DNA of 64,000 nucleotides from Felis catus (lineage: Eukaryota). Both the position numbers and the translations under genes were made by a program. Location: NCBI RefSeq assembly GCF_018350175.1, contig NC_058368.1, positions 62,746,001-62,810,000 of the forward strand. The letters run 5' to 3'. Within the stretch, counting starts at the first letter, position 1. Each line of letters begins with the position of its first letter. Shown here one piece after another: positions 39,121 through 53,218 of the stretch. Below the pieces are notes generated by a model. The model saw only the letters and a list, made by a program, of their open reading frames with translations, was not told the origin of the DNA and searched no databases.

Positions 39121-40450
39121 GGTTTGCAGTAGGAAAAACCCCAATTAAATGTCAAAAGGGGACAGGCTGGATTTTAAAAAGCAAAACCCAACTATTTGCT
39201 ACCTAAAACAAATATACATTGAATACAGAAACAAATTAGTTAAAAGTAAATGAATAAAAAATTATATCATGCTAACAGCAAACAAACGAAAGCTATGTTG
39301 GCTATATTACTATCAGACAAAATACATGTCTGAGCAAAAAGTATATTATATTAATTACAAAGGGTCAATTTAGTAGGAGGACATAACAAACCTCAATATT
39401 ACACGTCTATGAACCAAACTCCAAAATACATGAAGCTGGGACTGAAAAAACTGCAGTGAGAACTAGACAATGCCACAATTACAAGCTGAGATTTCAGTGA
39501 AATTCTAAAAATAATTGGTGGAGAACACATAAGTCAGTAAGAATATATTGACTACCTTTACAGTGTAAAGGTAGACAGTGTAGACAGTGACATGTCTACA
39601 ACCCTATATCTAACAAATGAAATTCACATACTTTCCAAGTGTACATGGGATATTTATTAAGATAGATGTTAATCTGGGCCATGAACAAACATCAATTAAA
39701 TAGTATTGTCTCTCATCATAATGTAATTAAATTATAAATCAAAAACAGATGCCCCCAACATCACAAAATATTAGGTAACTGAATAACACACTTCTAAACA
39801 ACATGTGGTTCAAAGAATAAATAAAAGGAGAAGTTATAAGGTATCTTAAATGACTGAAAATGAAAGCAAAATATTTCAAAATATGTGGGACACTGATGAA
39901 GCAATATGGATACCTAGAGAATAATTAATTTATAGTTCTGCATGCCTATAATAGAAAAGCAGAAATGCCTTGCTAAGTCATTTACATCAGCAATCACCAT
40001 AATAAACTAGAAAAGAAGGAAATACAAAATTCAAAGAAGAGGTAGGGAAAAATACAGACCTGACTAGGAAACCATAAACTAGAAAAACAGGAAAATAGAG
40101 AAATCCATGAAACCAAGAGCTGATCCTTTGAGAAAAATCAATGAAACTGATAAACCTCTACCTAGATAGATCAGAGGCAAAAAAAGAGAAAAAACAAAAG
40201 ATTCATGTAGCAGGAATGAGAGATGATACTAAAGAAATTAAATTCCTTATTAAACCACTTAAATAAGGAATGCTTCTGCTCCAAATGGCTTTACTAGTAG
40301 AGTGAACAAATTATTTAAGGAAGAAGTAATACTAATTCTGAAAAAAAAAATTCAACAAAATTGAAACAGTGAATAGTTCTAAATTCATTCTATTAGGATA
40401 GCAAGATCCTAATATCAAAAAAAAGACAAGGACACTACAAAAAAAATACA

Positions 40451-40662
40451 GGGGCACCTGGGTGGCTCAGTAGGTTGAGCATCCAACTTCGGCTCAGGTC
40501 ATGATCTCACGGTTCATGAGTTCGAGCCCCGTGTTGGACTCTGTGCTGAGGGCTCAGAGCCTGGAGCCTGCTTTAGATTCTGTGTCTCGCTCTCTCTCTG
40601 CCCCTCCTCCTTCGTGCTCTGTCTCTCTCTGTCTCAAAAATAAATAAAACATTAAAAAAATT
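40451..40662 (+). mobile_element. SINEC inside L1, with TSD
   Basis: TSD aaaaaaatacag. Confidence 0.95.
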
Positions 40663-41342
40663 AAAAAAATACAGACAAACATCTCTCATGAACCCAGGAG
40701 CCAAAATTCTAAGGAAAATTTTAACAAATTGACTCTATCTACCTATCAATCCAACTATCTATCTAAATACTTCATGACCTAGTGTGGTTGATTCCATGGA
40801 TGCAGGTTTAGTTTAAGGTTTGAAAAGCAATCAATGCAATTCACCAAATTAACAAACAAAAAGAGAAATAAAAGGCATCCGAAATGTAAATGAAGAACTG
40901 TAATTGTCTTTATTTGCAGATAGCATGGCCATCTATATAGAAAATCCAGTGAGATCTACATAAGTAGCTACTAGAGCTAATAAATGAGTTCAGCAAGGTT
41001 GCAGAATAAAAGAGTAATGTACACGAATCAATTAACAAATAATATTTACTATGGCATCAAAGTATAAAATAATTAGTACTTAAGATAAATTTGACAAAAG
41101 TTATGAAAAGAATAAAACACTGGTGAGAGAAATTCAAGGAGCTCTAAATAAATGGAATTATTTATTTAGTGTCCATAGTCAGAAAAATTAATACTGTTAA
41201 AATGGCAATACTACCCAAATTTATTTATAGATGGAACACAGTCCTTATCATATTCCAACTATAATGTTTAGGAAACCAATAAGCTGATTTTAAAATTCAT
41301 ATGAAAATGCAAAGAACTTAGAGGAGTCAAAATAGTCTTTAC

Positions 41343-41500
41343 TTTTTTACATGTTTTATTTATTTTTGAGAGAGCTCAAGCAAGGGAGGGACAAAGAATC
41401 CAAAGCAGGCTTGATGTAGGGCTTGAACTCAAGAACCATGAAATCATAACCTGAGCCAAAGTCAGGTGGTGCTCAACCAACTGAGTCATCTAGGTGCTCC
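41343..41500 (-). mobile_element. Shortened SINEC inside L1
   Basis: Flanked by caaaatagtcttta / caaaataatcctta. Confidence 0.88.
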
Positions 41501-44089
41501 AAAATAATCCTTAAAAAGGGTAAAGTTGAAGGACTAACAGTACCTGATTTCAGGTTTCAGTTTAATGACAGGCAAATAGACAATAGAATAGAATAAAGCA
41601 TCAGGAAAACACACTGACTTACACGAACAACTGATTTGTAACAAAGGAACAAAAGCAGTTCAAGGGAGAAAGTATAGACCTTGCATAAATTGTACTTGAA
41701 AAACTTGATATTCATATATTTTAAAAGAATATTTTTCTTTACTTCACATCATATTAAAATGATTCATAGACACAAATGCAAATTTGTGAAATTACAGAAC
41801 TTCTAGAACAAAAGATAGGATAAAATTTTTGTAACCTTAGGTTAAGCAACAATTTTTTAAATATAATACCAAAGCCACAATCTACACCCCAAAAATGACA
41901 AATTTGCTTTATCAAAATGTAAAACGTCTGTTCTTTGAAATATACCGTTCGGAAAAAAAATACAAGATATGTAATGTATAAAAAACTACTTACAAATAAT
42001 ATATCTGATAAAATACTTGTATCTAGAATATAAGAAATTTTTGAAATTCAATACAAAAACCAACAATCCAATTTTAAAAATGGACAAACTATTTGGACAC
42101 CTCATAGAGATAACAAATACAATTAACATATAGGGACCTGAAATAGGCATATGAAAAGATATTCAACATCATTAATCATGAGAGAAATGTAAATTAGGAT
42201 CATAATATGATACTATTGCATACTCTCAGAATGGCTAAAAGCAAAAAGACTGACCACCAAGTGTTGACAAGCATCTGAAACAAATGGAATTCTCACCCAT
42301 TATTTGTGAGAACATAAATAGAACAACCATTTTGGACCACAGTTTGGCAGTTTCTTAAAAAGGCAAATATACATGGACTACATGAGTCAGAAGATTCACT
42401 CTTAAGCATTTACCCAAGAGAAATGAAAGTATGTGTTTATACAATGACATACATGAATGTTCATAGGAACTTTATTTGTTACTACCAAAAACTAGAAATA
42501 ATTTAAGTGTCTGTCAACAAGTGAATAGATTCAGACAGTGTGGTATACATATCGAAGGGAGAGCCCTCTTCACCAGTCCCAGGGACTCTGAAACTCTTAC
42601 TCACCCCTGCTTGCTATTTCTTCTTTTTCTAGGCAGAACTGGATTCCAAGTCACCTGCTATATATGTGTTATATGAGAAATCTCTACTATGATGCTTGTA
42701 TTGATGACAAATATGAGTGTAGCTTACTAACCCTCTAAATAGGAACTGGAAACACAACTTTTATATCTGTATTCCCAACATGAAGCTTAGGGCCTTGAAG
42801 ATTATAGGTGCTTGTATTAATAAAGAATGAATTTGAAAAGCCATTGTTCCATCCTAAGCATGAAAACAAGTTGAAAAATTAGAAAATCAGGTTTTATCAT
42901 ACAGCTGAGGACACTAAGAAATCTAAATGATCTAAAATTCAATATGGCAAATCCTTCCTAGGAAGGAAATGGCCTGTGTCTACTTTCATCCCTGCTGAGT
43001 GCCTTAGTTCTCCAATTACTCTGATGTAACATGTATCTAGATGGTAATAGTGCTGTTCCATTATATCTATTTCCAAAAACTTTACTGAATACTCTTTTTG
43101 TACCTATTCGTATTACTTCTGTATTATCAATCTATATGACATAGAGAAAGATAAGCACAAAATCAATAGCTAAATAAAAGCCTTCAAATGTAAACACTCT
43201 GAATCCTAACCCTGTGTAATAAAAATGCTAGATCTAGAGTTGACCTTGAAGATTAAATAAAATGTAAACACTTGTTTTACATGAAAGCAGAAAAGAGTTA
43301 CCTTTACTCTTACAGAAAGATTACAATCCTCTTTGTGAAATGCAAATCTAAAGCTTAGGTATTTCACAGAAGCTATGGTTTGGGATGTATATAATAAGGA
43401 GATTCATGTTTCATAAATCCTGTAATAAAATGGTAATCAGTGAGTGAGCAACCTTAATCTCTTGCATATTTCAAAAGCTGAGCAAACACTTTTTTATAAA
43501 GGAAATCAATAGAAAAGGTTACTAAAAAATTTAAGAAAAATAAAACAAAATCTGATTGAGGAACACACATGAGTCATACCACAACTGTGCTATTAAGCAA
43601 TTTTAACTAGTTAAAAGTTTAGAAGGAAATTGGATAAAAGGATTATGGTATGTTTACAGGTACTATAGTACATGCTATTACATTAAGAAATCAGAGTTTC
43701 ACCAAATTACTCTTTAGTGCACCGTAGCCACCTAATTCTTGAATTTATATATGTGATTATTAGATGTATATGAGGTTTCTTTTAATATGTCACCTGATAA
43801 TAAAAGAGGTATGGAAAAAATAAAAAAAGAGAGAGACATAGAAACTGGCAAAGAATCTTTGGACAAGCGCCTTGCATACATATATTTATACAGTCATTTT
43901 GGAAGACCTAAAAGGTAAATGATATATATTTTTTAAAAAAACGGGTTATAAATTCATATACCCAATTTCATCTCATTGTACCTGATTATGCCTGGAACTA
44001 GAGTGCTTGATTAGCCAGATAAACACAGTTTGGCAGGGAAACTACAAAATATGAGCAAGTTGCATGCAAGAAATAGGACGAGTGTTTGT

Positions 44090-44228
44090 TTGAAAGTCAA
44101 TTCCTTTTGTCAATTCCCTCTGTATCAAATGGGAATAAGAGTACTTATTTGATAGGGTTATGTGAAGCTTAAGTTTGGTATTATTTATAAAATGCTTAGC
44201 ATCATGATAGTACATATTAGGCACTCTT
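44090..44228 (+). mobile_element. MIR
   Basis: ctgtatcaaatgggaataa...agggttatgtgaag...aaaatgcttagca...taggcactc. Confidence 0.7.
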
Positions 44229-44747
44229 TTTCATATAAATAAAATTAACAAACCAGTGATGTTGAATCCTGAGTTGAAATTACAGTCTTAAAATGTACAC
44301 TAAAATAATATTAGAAATGATAACTGAAATAAGGGACTCTGATATTTTGTAGTTTCTGATAATGATTAAACATAGAAATTTATTTTTTAACATGCACCAA
44401 ATCTATTTTCCTCTAATATTAATTGTTTTAATGAGGCTTTGATGAAAAGTCCTTGGACAAATCACATTCTTTCTGGCTTCACCATTGACAGAGGATCTTA
44501 AAGTGAGGAAAATCTTAAGTCCTTCCTATCTCTTAAATTCTATGATTCTGACTTTAAAGTGTAATAAATAGACTATTCCATGTACAGGTTTAATTTTAAG
44601 TGACTAGAATATACTTTATAGTGTATTTCTTATAATTTCTAATTATCGACATTTTACTAATATATTGATAAGGAAAGATTTTCCAATACAACTTTTATGC
44701 AAAGCAAAATAATTTGGGGAAGGTTTGGTGATTATGATAATTAAAGA

Positions 44748-44930
44748 ATAATAATTGCAAACATTTACTGAGCACTATTGATTTACCAGACACAGGGCTA
44801 AGGACTTTAATTACTTTATTTAACATTCCTACAAATCCTATCAGTAAGCATCTGTAGTTTTTCTTCATTTTGACCAGATTTGTAGAGTGGTTAGGGAATA
44901 TAGTTCTAAGGGCTGGAAATGGACCATCCA
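44748..44930 (-). mobile_element. MIR
   Basis: aacatttactgagcacta...ccagacacagggctaag. Confidence 0.65.
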
Positions 44931-47463
44931 CATTTAAACAACAATGATAAATATGAGGATGAAGAGCTGAGGTTTTAGAGAAAGACTGTTACCCTGAAGT
45001 TGAAAGCAAACTTTAGGCTAGTGAAAAAAAGTGCTTCTAGAATATACTATTTGGCCTATACAGGCTGTTTGCTGTCTAGCCTGAAAGGTAGCTGAAGTCA
45101 GAGGTTAGGGATCTCTAGTGGGAGTTCTTGTCTTCCTTGAATTTTATTAACAGAGCAAGAGCAGATCAAACATATGGTAAATAGTTAACATGATTACTTT
45201 GCCCAGATGGAACTGGATGATAAACTTGAAACAGTTTGAGGAAGAGGCCAATATGGATTTGAGTATAGATCAACAAATCACCAGAAAACATAAAAGCAGC
45301 TATAACAAAAGGGGGAAAGATCCATGAAGAAGATCTTTACTTTATTAAAAGTATTAGATGACTAAACACTCTACCAGAAAAGAATTGGGTTGAATTAAGT
45401 ATTTAAAAAATAATAAATAAAAGAATACAAAATAATAATGTAATATCATGATAGTTGGTCTTTCTTTGAAGGAATGATCTTATATATACTGTTAAATCCT
45501 AAAGAGAAGTATTATTCCTTTTTAAAAGTCTAAAATATAGTGTCTCTATACATATCATTTGATATCTCTATACATATCATTTGAATTTTTTCACAACTGA
45601 GAAATTTGACATTGGAAATACACTATTTTAATTATTATGGAGAAAACAAGTTAAAAACTATGAAAGAAGATATCAGAATGATTGTTGATAATTTTAAAAG
45701 TAAGACACAGTCTTAAACAATCAAAATAGTGACAATTTAAATACTTATTAAAATAACAAAGTATTATAAAGAATTTCCAGTTTTTTCCACTATTACCAAA
45801 AGTGACAAAAAATATGACCACTATAAAATTTTTTATTTAACATTTTTTTGAGAATTTCTGGCTAAAACAAAAACACATAAAACATAAAAAGAAGTAAAAA
45901 AATTGGAAAAGGGTAAATAAATGTTTTAAGTCTTGAGAATGGTATGTGGTTACATTAGACAAGATAATATAACAAGAAAGCCCAAGATGGCAAAGTTAAT
46001 ATATTTTTAGAGAAATTTTCTTTTAACTAAAGGTAGAGGATTCTGATACTATTGTTTTTTCAAGGTTTGGTATTATGCAACATTACAAGTTGAGCAATCT
46101 AAATTTTAATTCCATATAGATATTATATACATACCTTCCATTATTTCAAATGGGGTTAGTTTTGACATTTTAAAAAGGATTATTACTTTAGTGTAGAATG
46201 TCATGTGAAACTTGGGGGTGTTAACCAGTTCTACCAGCTCAAATCTAAATGCCCACACCAACCTCAATCACTGGAACTTTCAAGAAAGCCTTGCATATTT
46301 CCAAACCACCTGTGCAGACTGGGATGGAGGGGGGAAGGTGGAAGGGAAGATATGCTCTGTTGATAAACATTTGCCTGGAAGAAGCATATCTCTTTACAAT
46401 ATTAATCTTTTATTCAATATGCAATCTGTCATATTCTCAAGACATCATATGTGGCTTCAATAAATGCTTTCAAGTACATGAATTCTAAAGGTATTTTCTG
46501 TCTATGAAAGGACAGCATTATGTAAATGTGCCTTAGTATAAGTAGGGCCAATCTTGAAGAATAACTAAGAAAAGGTTTTTGTCGCAATCTAAATTTATGT
46601 CTATATTAATATTAAACCTATGTATTAATAGAAATAGTTCCTAAAACATTTGCTATATATCATAATCAGAAAAAGGTAAATATCCCAAGATATATAAATC
46701 ATTTAATAAATTAAGGTTCATACCAGTAATTAAATAAAATTCAGAAATTATATATTGGGTAGCTACAATGACAGGTGATATGAAGAACTTTGAAAAATCA
46801 TAGCTACCATGTACTAACATATTATATATACATTATATATATAATATATTTGCATACAGAAATGTGTATATATGTATGTGTATATTATATAATCACAGCT
46901 ACATAATCACATATATTATATATAACACATATAGGTATATGTATATTTTTGTCTCATTCAATTTCTATGGCATCCCTAAATTTAGACACTTTCTATGTGT
47001 TTCAGCAATGAGGAATTTGTAGCTGTAAGAAATGTATAACATGTCAAAGATCACTGCTAATATTTAACAAAAATAACACCTTAATATAAATTGGTCTAAT
47101 ACCAATTCAGGCCAATACAATTAATGATACAGTCATTTTAGATAAGGTCCCATATTAGTTAGAATATTTGAAACATAACATTGGGGAAAACGAATAATAT
47201 GGAATTATTTTAAATGGATGTATAATGTTATGATTGTGTATATCCATGTATAGAGTACATTTGTGTAAACAAGAAAATATTTGAATATGCAAAAATGTTC
47301 ACCATTCTTTTTCTCTAAGTGAGAATGACCCTAAGTTTCTATGTTGTTTTTGTGTTTGTCATATTTGCTGAATTCAATTATGCTCAATAATACTAACTCT
47401 GAAAAATAGAAACTTATAAACTAATTTTGTGTGTTTCTTTAATGGCTATTAAACAGCCTTTAA

Positions 47464-47683
47464 GGGGGCGCCTGGATGGCTCAGTTGGTTGGGTGTCCGA
47501 CTTTGGCCTCGGTCATGATCTCACGCTTCGTGGGTTCGAGCCCCATGGTGGGCTCTGTGCTGACAGCTCAGAGCCTGGAGGCTGCTTTGAATTCTGTTTC
47601 TCTCTCTCTCTGCCCCTTCCCTACTCACACTCTGTCTCTCTCTGTCTCTCAAAAATAAATAAACATTGAAAAAAAAATTTTTT
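47464..47683 (+). mobile_element. SINEC
   Basis: Full body and A/T tail. Confidence 0.95.
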
Positions 47684-48214
47684 AAAGGCCATTAAGTATT
47701 ATAAACTATTTATTATGAATATAATAAATATGATAATTAGATAATTAGAATAGCTACAATTTTAAAATATTTTTAGGATGTTCAAAAATAATTCAACCAT
47801 AGCTCAATAGGATGGATGAAAATAAAAACTCTAGGTAAATGTTTATCTCTGGGTAAGTATTATCAGAAGGACACTGGTTATCTGACCTGATGTGGCAGAA
47901 AAATATGAATTTAGCAACTGATATCAGAGCATTTCTAAGAAAGAGATTGTATTTTTTTTTTGAAAATCACAAAATGAACCTTTTGGAAGATGGAAGTTTC
48001 GATGTCAAGGCCATGGATAGAAAAAGATACTCAAGTCATTACTAAATGGCTTAGCAGAATAACAAGACCTGGAAAGGAACTTAGAAAAGGGGTAGTGTTG
48101 AACAAGAAGTGAAAAGGTAAGCCAACTTTCTGAGTGGGCTAAAGTTTAAGCTACTGAGAGTGAAGGAAGGAAAAACAGTCAAAAATTATTTTTATTTACT
48201 TATCGTTATTATGA

Positions 48215-48760
48215 ATCATTATTCATTTAATCATCTACTTTATTGAAAAAGATACTTTCAAAACAATTGTTTGCCAAGCATTATGATGAGAGTGAAATTT
48301 ATAAGATACTCTCATGAGTCATACTTTGTGTTGATGGTGGGAGAAATGGGTTGACAATAATGAAGTACAAACAGATTAAAACATGTATTCAAGATGAGAA
48401 AAGCAGTATGAAAAAAACAATAAAAGCCATCTTGTGTTGAGTAGATGGGAGGCAGAACCTTCAGTGGAGTGAACAGGAAAGATCATCTGAGTTGGTAATA
48501 TTTTCAGGGAAAGCTAAATGATGATGAGTGAAGTTCTCTGGGAGAAGACTATCCCAGGTCTTGTGTTTGTAAAGCCCTGGGGTCTGTGTTTGGAAATATT
48601 TTGGAGAATTTCAGCAACTCTGAGACTCTTAAAGATAGAAATTTTGTGAAGATACAGCTAGAGAGATAGTTAGCAGCATTACCCCTAGTGGTAATGACTT
48701 TAATTTTATTCCAAGTGCAAAAGGAAGAAACCGCAAGTGGCTTAATCCATCTGCTACTGA
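48215..48760 (-). mobile_element. L2 3' fragment
   Basis: attcatttaatc start and purine-rich body typical of reverse L2. Confidence 0.5.
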
Positions 48761-49351
48761 TATCAATCTAAAAAAAAATAACTTTATTAATAAAATGTAT
48801 GTTTTGCATAAGAGTTGTTTCATGGTAGGCTGGGTAGAGGTTGCTGATCATCAAGAAGAAGGAACTGTATAATCCATTTGGCTCTACTCAAAGACTAAAA
48901 ATAAGTATTACAAGACAGAAAACAAAGAAGAAAAACCATACATATTAGAAATTTTACTTAGAGATATTATGAACTTTTGTCTTATATTTTCTAATTTGGG
49001 GGTACAATTTGACAGATGATGTAGGTATCTGAATATATTGTGAGTTTTTCTTTTCTATTTAAAGTGGCTTGAGATAAGATAAAGATACAATTGCAAAATA
49101 CAAACAAAAAGTTGCTTTGAATATAAATATTATTTATATAAATATGTAAGTATTTATTCTTATAAATATGAATTTTGAGAGGAGGCAAAATGTGTAAATA
49201 AGTAATATCCAGTACCCTGTACATGACATGTTTAGGCCTTAATTGGACTGCAAGAAAGCCAGTTGCCATCTTTTTGTAACGTAGATAATGTTGGCAATAT
49301 TTCAAAGATATGGGCATGGCCATTCACACTAAGTCTTCCATTTTGAGGACA

Positions 49352-50093
49352 GTTTCAGTTAGGATCTGTTTGGCTACAAGTAAAATACAAGATCACAGTG
49401 TCTTTAATATTAAGTATCTCACAAAGCAAACAGCCTGGAAATAGTTGGTACTGTGAGCAATTCTAGAAGTCAAAAATAACATTAAAAAAACAAGTTCTTC
49501 TCATCTTTCCATCTGCATTTTCAACATGTTACTTCTTTCTTCATTGTCACAAGGTAGCTGCCATTGCTCCAGTTATCATATTCTCATAGACCCATTCAGA
49601 AAGAAGACAACCAAAGGAACTTCTCTCCGTCTATTTCTATGTTTAATTTTTTTTTAATGTTTTATTTATTCTTGAGAGAGAGAGAGTGAGCACGAGCGCG
49701 GAAGGGGCAGAGAGAGCAGGACACAGAATCCAAAGCAGGCTCCAGGCTCTGAGCTGTCAGCACAGAGCCCAACGCGGGGCTCAAACTCACAAGTGGTGAG
49801 ATCATGACCTGAGCTGAAGTTGGACGCTCAACCGACTGAGCCTCCCAGGCACCCCCATCTATTTCTATTTTTATCAAGAAACAAAATATTTTTTAAGGCA
49901 TCATGGACTATGTCTTACCTCTCCACTTTGGTAGAACTGAGTAGCATAAGTTCCAGTGCTCCAAGTAGAGACAAAATGGTGTGACTTCCCTAGATTCTTC
50001 CCTAGGGCTGGTCATTTGTCACCTAAGCAAAATCAGGAGTCAGTTGGTGAGGAAGAGAGAAAGCCAGGAAAGCAACCAACAGTATCTACCACA
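49352..50093 (-). mobile_element. MLT1 (I/J-like) LTR interrupted by a SINE
   Basis: tcagttaggat..tttggctacaagtaa start; tcacaaggtagctgcc; gcaaccaacagtatctaccaca end. Confidence 0.75.
49641..49856 (-). mobile_element. SINEC with TSD
   Basis: TSD tctatttctat. Confidence 0.95.
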
Positions 50094-50479
50094 GTAAAAG
50101 AATCGATATATGCTAAGCAAGAAATTAACCTGCTTACATAAGATAAAATCTGATTCCCCAGAGAAAGACTGGAAGATTATTTTCAATAAAGATGATTATC
50201 TTTATTGAACATAATTTAAGGGAAGAAAACCACAGTGATTGCTCTCTTCAGGGAAAGAAGCAATAAGGAGATTAAGACCATCCACAAGAAATAATCACTG
50301 GGAAATTTCTTAGGCAAATCACGGTAATATTTTGATATATTCATGAAAATGGGAATTTTGTCATATATTTTCTGATTAGGCATTACTGATAAGATATCTT
50401 TTTATGAAGAACAAACCAAAATAACAGAAAAGTAACAGCAATGCATCAGAAAAACAGCATAGTTCAAAATGGACAACGA

Positions 50480-51310
50480 TAGTAGAGTGGCTAAAATCCA
50501 TAATGCTGACAATGCCAAATGCGGGAAGAAGGTGGAGCAGCAGGAACTCTCATCCACTGCTGGTGGGAATGCAAACTACTATGGCCACTTGAAAGGTAGC
50601 TTCACAGTTTCCTGTAAAACTAAACAAACCCTTACCATACAATTTAGCAATTGTGCTCCTCAGTATTATCCAAATGAGTGGAAAACTTATGTCTAAATAA
50701 AAGCCTGCTCTTGTATGTACCTAGCAGTTTATTCATCATTTCCAAACTTAGAAGCAACTAAGATGTCCTTCAGTAGGTAAATGGATAAATCAACTGTGAT
50801 ACATCTGTACAGCGGGATGTTATTCATGGGTAAAAAGAAAGGAGCTATTGAGCCATGAAAAGTCATGGAGGAAATTTAAATGCTTATGACTAAGTGAAAG
50901 AAAGCAATCAGAAAAATCTACTTACTGTATCATTCCAACTATATGACATTCTAGAAAAAGCAAAACTGTGGAGACAGTAAATGTATTAGCGAGTATGAGG
51001 GGTTTGTGTGGAGAGAGAAATGAACAGGTAGGGAATAAGGTATTTTTAGGGCAGTGAAACTATCTTGTAGGACACAATAATTGTATACATGTCATAAGAG
51101 ATTTGTGAAAAAAATCATAGAACATGTAACATCAAGAGTGAATTCTAAGGTAAACTATGGACTGTGGGTAATAATGATGTGTTAATGCTGGTGGATCAAT
51201 TGTGACAAATGTACCAATCTGGTGAATGTTATCAGGGCAAGAGATATGTAGGAACTCTTCTTTCCATTGAATTTTGCTGTCAACTTAAAACAGCTGAAAA
51301 AATAGACAAA
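50480..51310 (+). mobile_element. L1MC1-like 3' end
   Basis: gtggagcagcaggaactctcat..ctgctggtgggaatgcaaa; agagtgaa..ctaa.gtaaactatggact..gggt.ataatgatgtgt. Confidence 0.88.
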
Positions 51311-51375
51311 TTTCACATTTTAAGTCTTAAGGAAATACATTTTAAAGGTATTACTCTTCAAAACGATTTCAAAAT

Positions 51376-51578
51376 TTTTTTAACGTTTATTTTTGAGACA
51401 GAGAGAGACAGAGCATGAACGGGGGAGGGTCGGAGAGAGGGAGACACAGAATCTGAAACAGGCTCCAGGCTCTGAGCTGTCAGCACAGAGCCCAACGTGG
51501 GGCTTGAACTCAGTGACCGCGAGATCATGACCTGAGCCGAAGTCGGCCGCTTAACCGACTGAGCCACCCAGGCGCCCC
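51376..51578 (-). mobile_element. Young felid SINEC with 18-bp TSD
   Basis: Perfect TSD tcaaaacgatttcaaaat. Confidence 0.97.
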
Positions 51579-52599
51579 TCAAAACGATTTCAAAATGTAT
51601 GCTCCCTTAAGCTACGAATTGGGAGCATTTATGCATTTAATAGTATGAGGTACAAACTCAATGTATATATTAGAAGCATCAGTATTTAACACAATTATTC
51701 AATTACCAAAATTAAAACTGTATGTAACCCATCAACTTTAGAAATTTATAGCATCTACTATTAAAGTTAAATTAGTATTATTAGCCACAATCAGGTATTG
51801 AGAACCTGATAGAATCAACGAAGCAAAATACAGAGAATTGTATTCTAACCAGTGATCTCTAGAATAACCCCATAGTTAAATGGTTGTATGAGCACAGAAG
51901 TGTGTGTGTATGAGTTTATGAGTTTACACACATAAAGGTTAAGGAACCAATCAGGTTCTGAGAAACCAGGTCTGACTTTGTTATTATTTCAAAAATGGAA
52001 TCCATGAGAATTTATTATTCAGTTTATAAAATCAATGATTAGAACATTAAGCCAAGCTTGGAAAATATATGAGAAGTAAGGTCAGGTCCCAGATGAATCG
52101 TGGTCTAAAGGAGCCACTGCTTCTTTACAAGTGCTACTTTTGGGCTCTGGCACCAGACACCATCCCTGACACAAATTCCAAATAATCCAATTTTGTGTCT
52201 ATGCCGCTTGCTCTAGATTTAAAACGCCGAATAAGAATCCAAATGAAAATAATTGAAGAATGACACTTTAATCCCCAGATTAGTGTATGAGGAGAATGGA
52301 GAGGGCTGTACAAAAGAACAGATGTACTAGAAGTGACTCATTGTAATAAATTTGAACAGAGGAGTGTAGACCAATAGCCTAATTTAATAGCTTGGTTCTC
52401 ACCAGCTCAAAGTCTTCTTAAATATATTACAGCAGGAGATTTCAGTAAAACTACTTTTTAAAACAGAACAGGAAGCAGCTGCTGTTCATAATTTATTATC
52501 ATCGAGCAATGTACAATATAGACAGACAAGAATATTCCAAATTTGAAATATTACCTTAAAACTAGAAGGATCATTTTCTGCATGGCCTGTTCTGTTAGA

Positions 52600-52800
52600 T
52601 TTAATGTGTTTGAGGACTCCTAGAGCCACTGAGAGTTGCCCCAGGAGTCTCGAAGGCATTATTGAGGGACAGAGCAGGCATGGTTCCAGACTTTTGTTTT
52701 AATTAGAACAGTTCTTTTCCCTTTTTAGACACTGAAAGTCTCCATAAAATAGTTTTTACAAAAGGGTTTCGAAGCTCCAAATTTTGAAAATCAGTGATGT
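52600..52800. mobile_element. hAT-Charlie MER remnant (MER102/103-like)
   Basis: aaaagggtttc...tttgaaaatcagtg terminus. Confidence 0.4.
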
Positions 52801-53009
52801 ATAAAACAGCACCTTCTAACTTAAACTCTTGGAAAACAATTGTATGTATAAATGTATTTTGTTCTTGAAGAAAAATTATCCTTTTTTTTTTTTTCATGTG
52901 AGCTACTTTTGAGCAAGTACTTACTATGGGATAGAACTTCGCTAGCACTTTCTGTAAGCTATTTAATTGAAATAAGAGTTCAATTATTCCTTTTAAAGAT
53001 AGAAATATA

Positions 53010-53218
53010 GGGGCACCTGGATTGCTCAGTCGGTTAAGTATCCGACTTCAGTTCAGGTCATGATTTCACAGTTCGTGAGTTCAAGCCCCGCGTCCGGCTC
53101 TGTGCTGACAGCTCAGGGCCTGGAGCCTGCTTCGGATTCTGTGTCTCCCTTTCTCTCTGTCCCTCCCCCGTTTGCACTCTGTCTCTGTCTCTTAAAAATA
53201 AATAAATGTTAAAAAAAG
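53010..53218 (+). mobile_element. SINEC with 17-bp TSD
   Basis: TSD ttaaagatagaaatata. Confidence 0.96.

Larger units (their letters stand above)
39135..42552 (+). mobile_element. Decayed L1M (MC/MD-like) ORF2 plus 3' UTR; non-coding
   Basis: Endonuclease N-terminal-like start (ccaattaaa...ggctggatt...acccaactatttgct); RT motif decayed to FADSM at 40913-40927; many stops; two SINE insertions. Confidence 0.9.

Noticed and set aside
42952..42967. Isolated 16-bp palindrome TCCTTCCTAGGAAGGA
   Set aside because: About one 16-bp perfect palindrome is expected by chance in 64 kb, and there is no supporting context.
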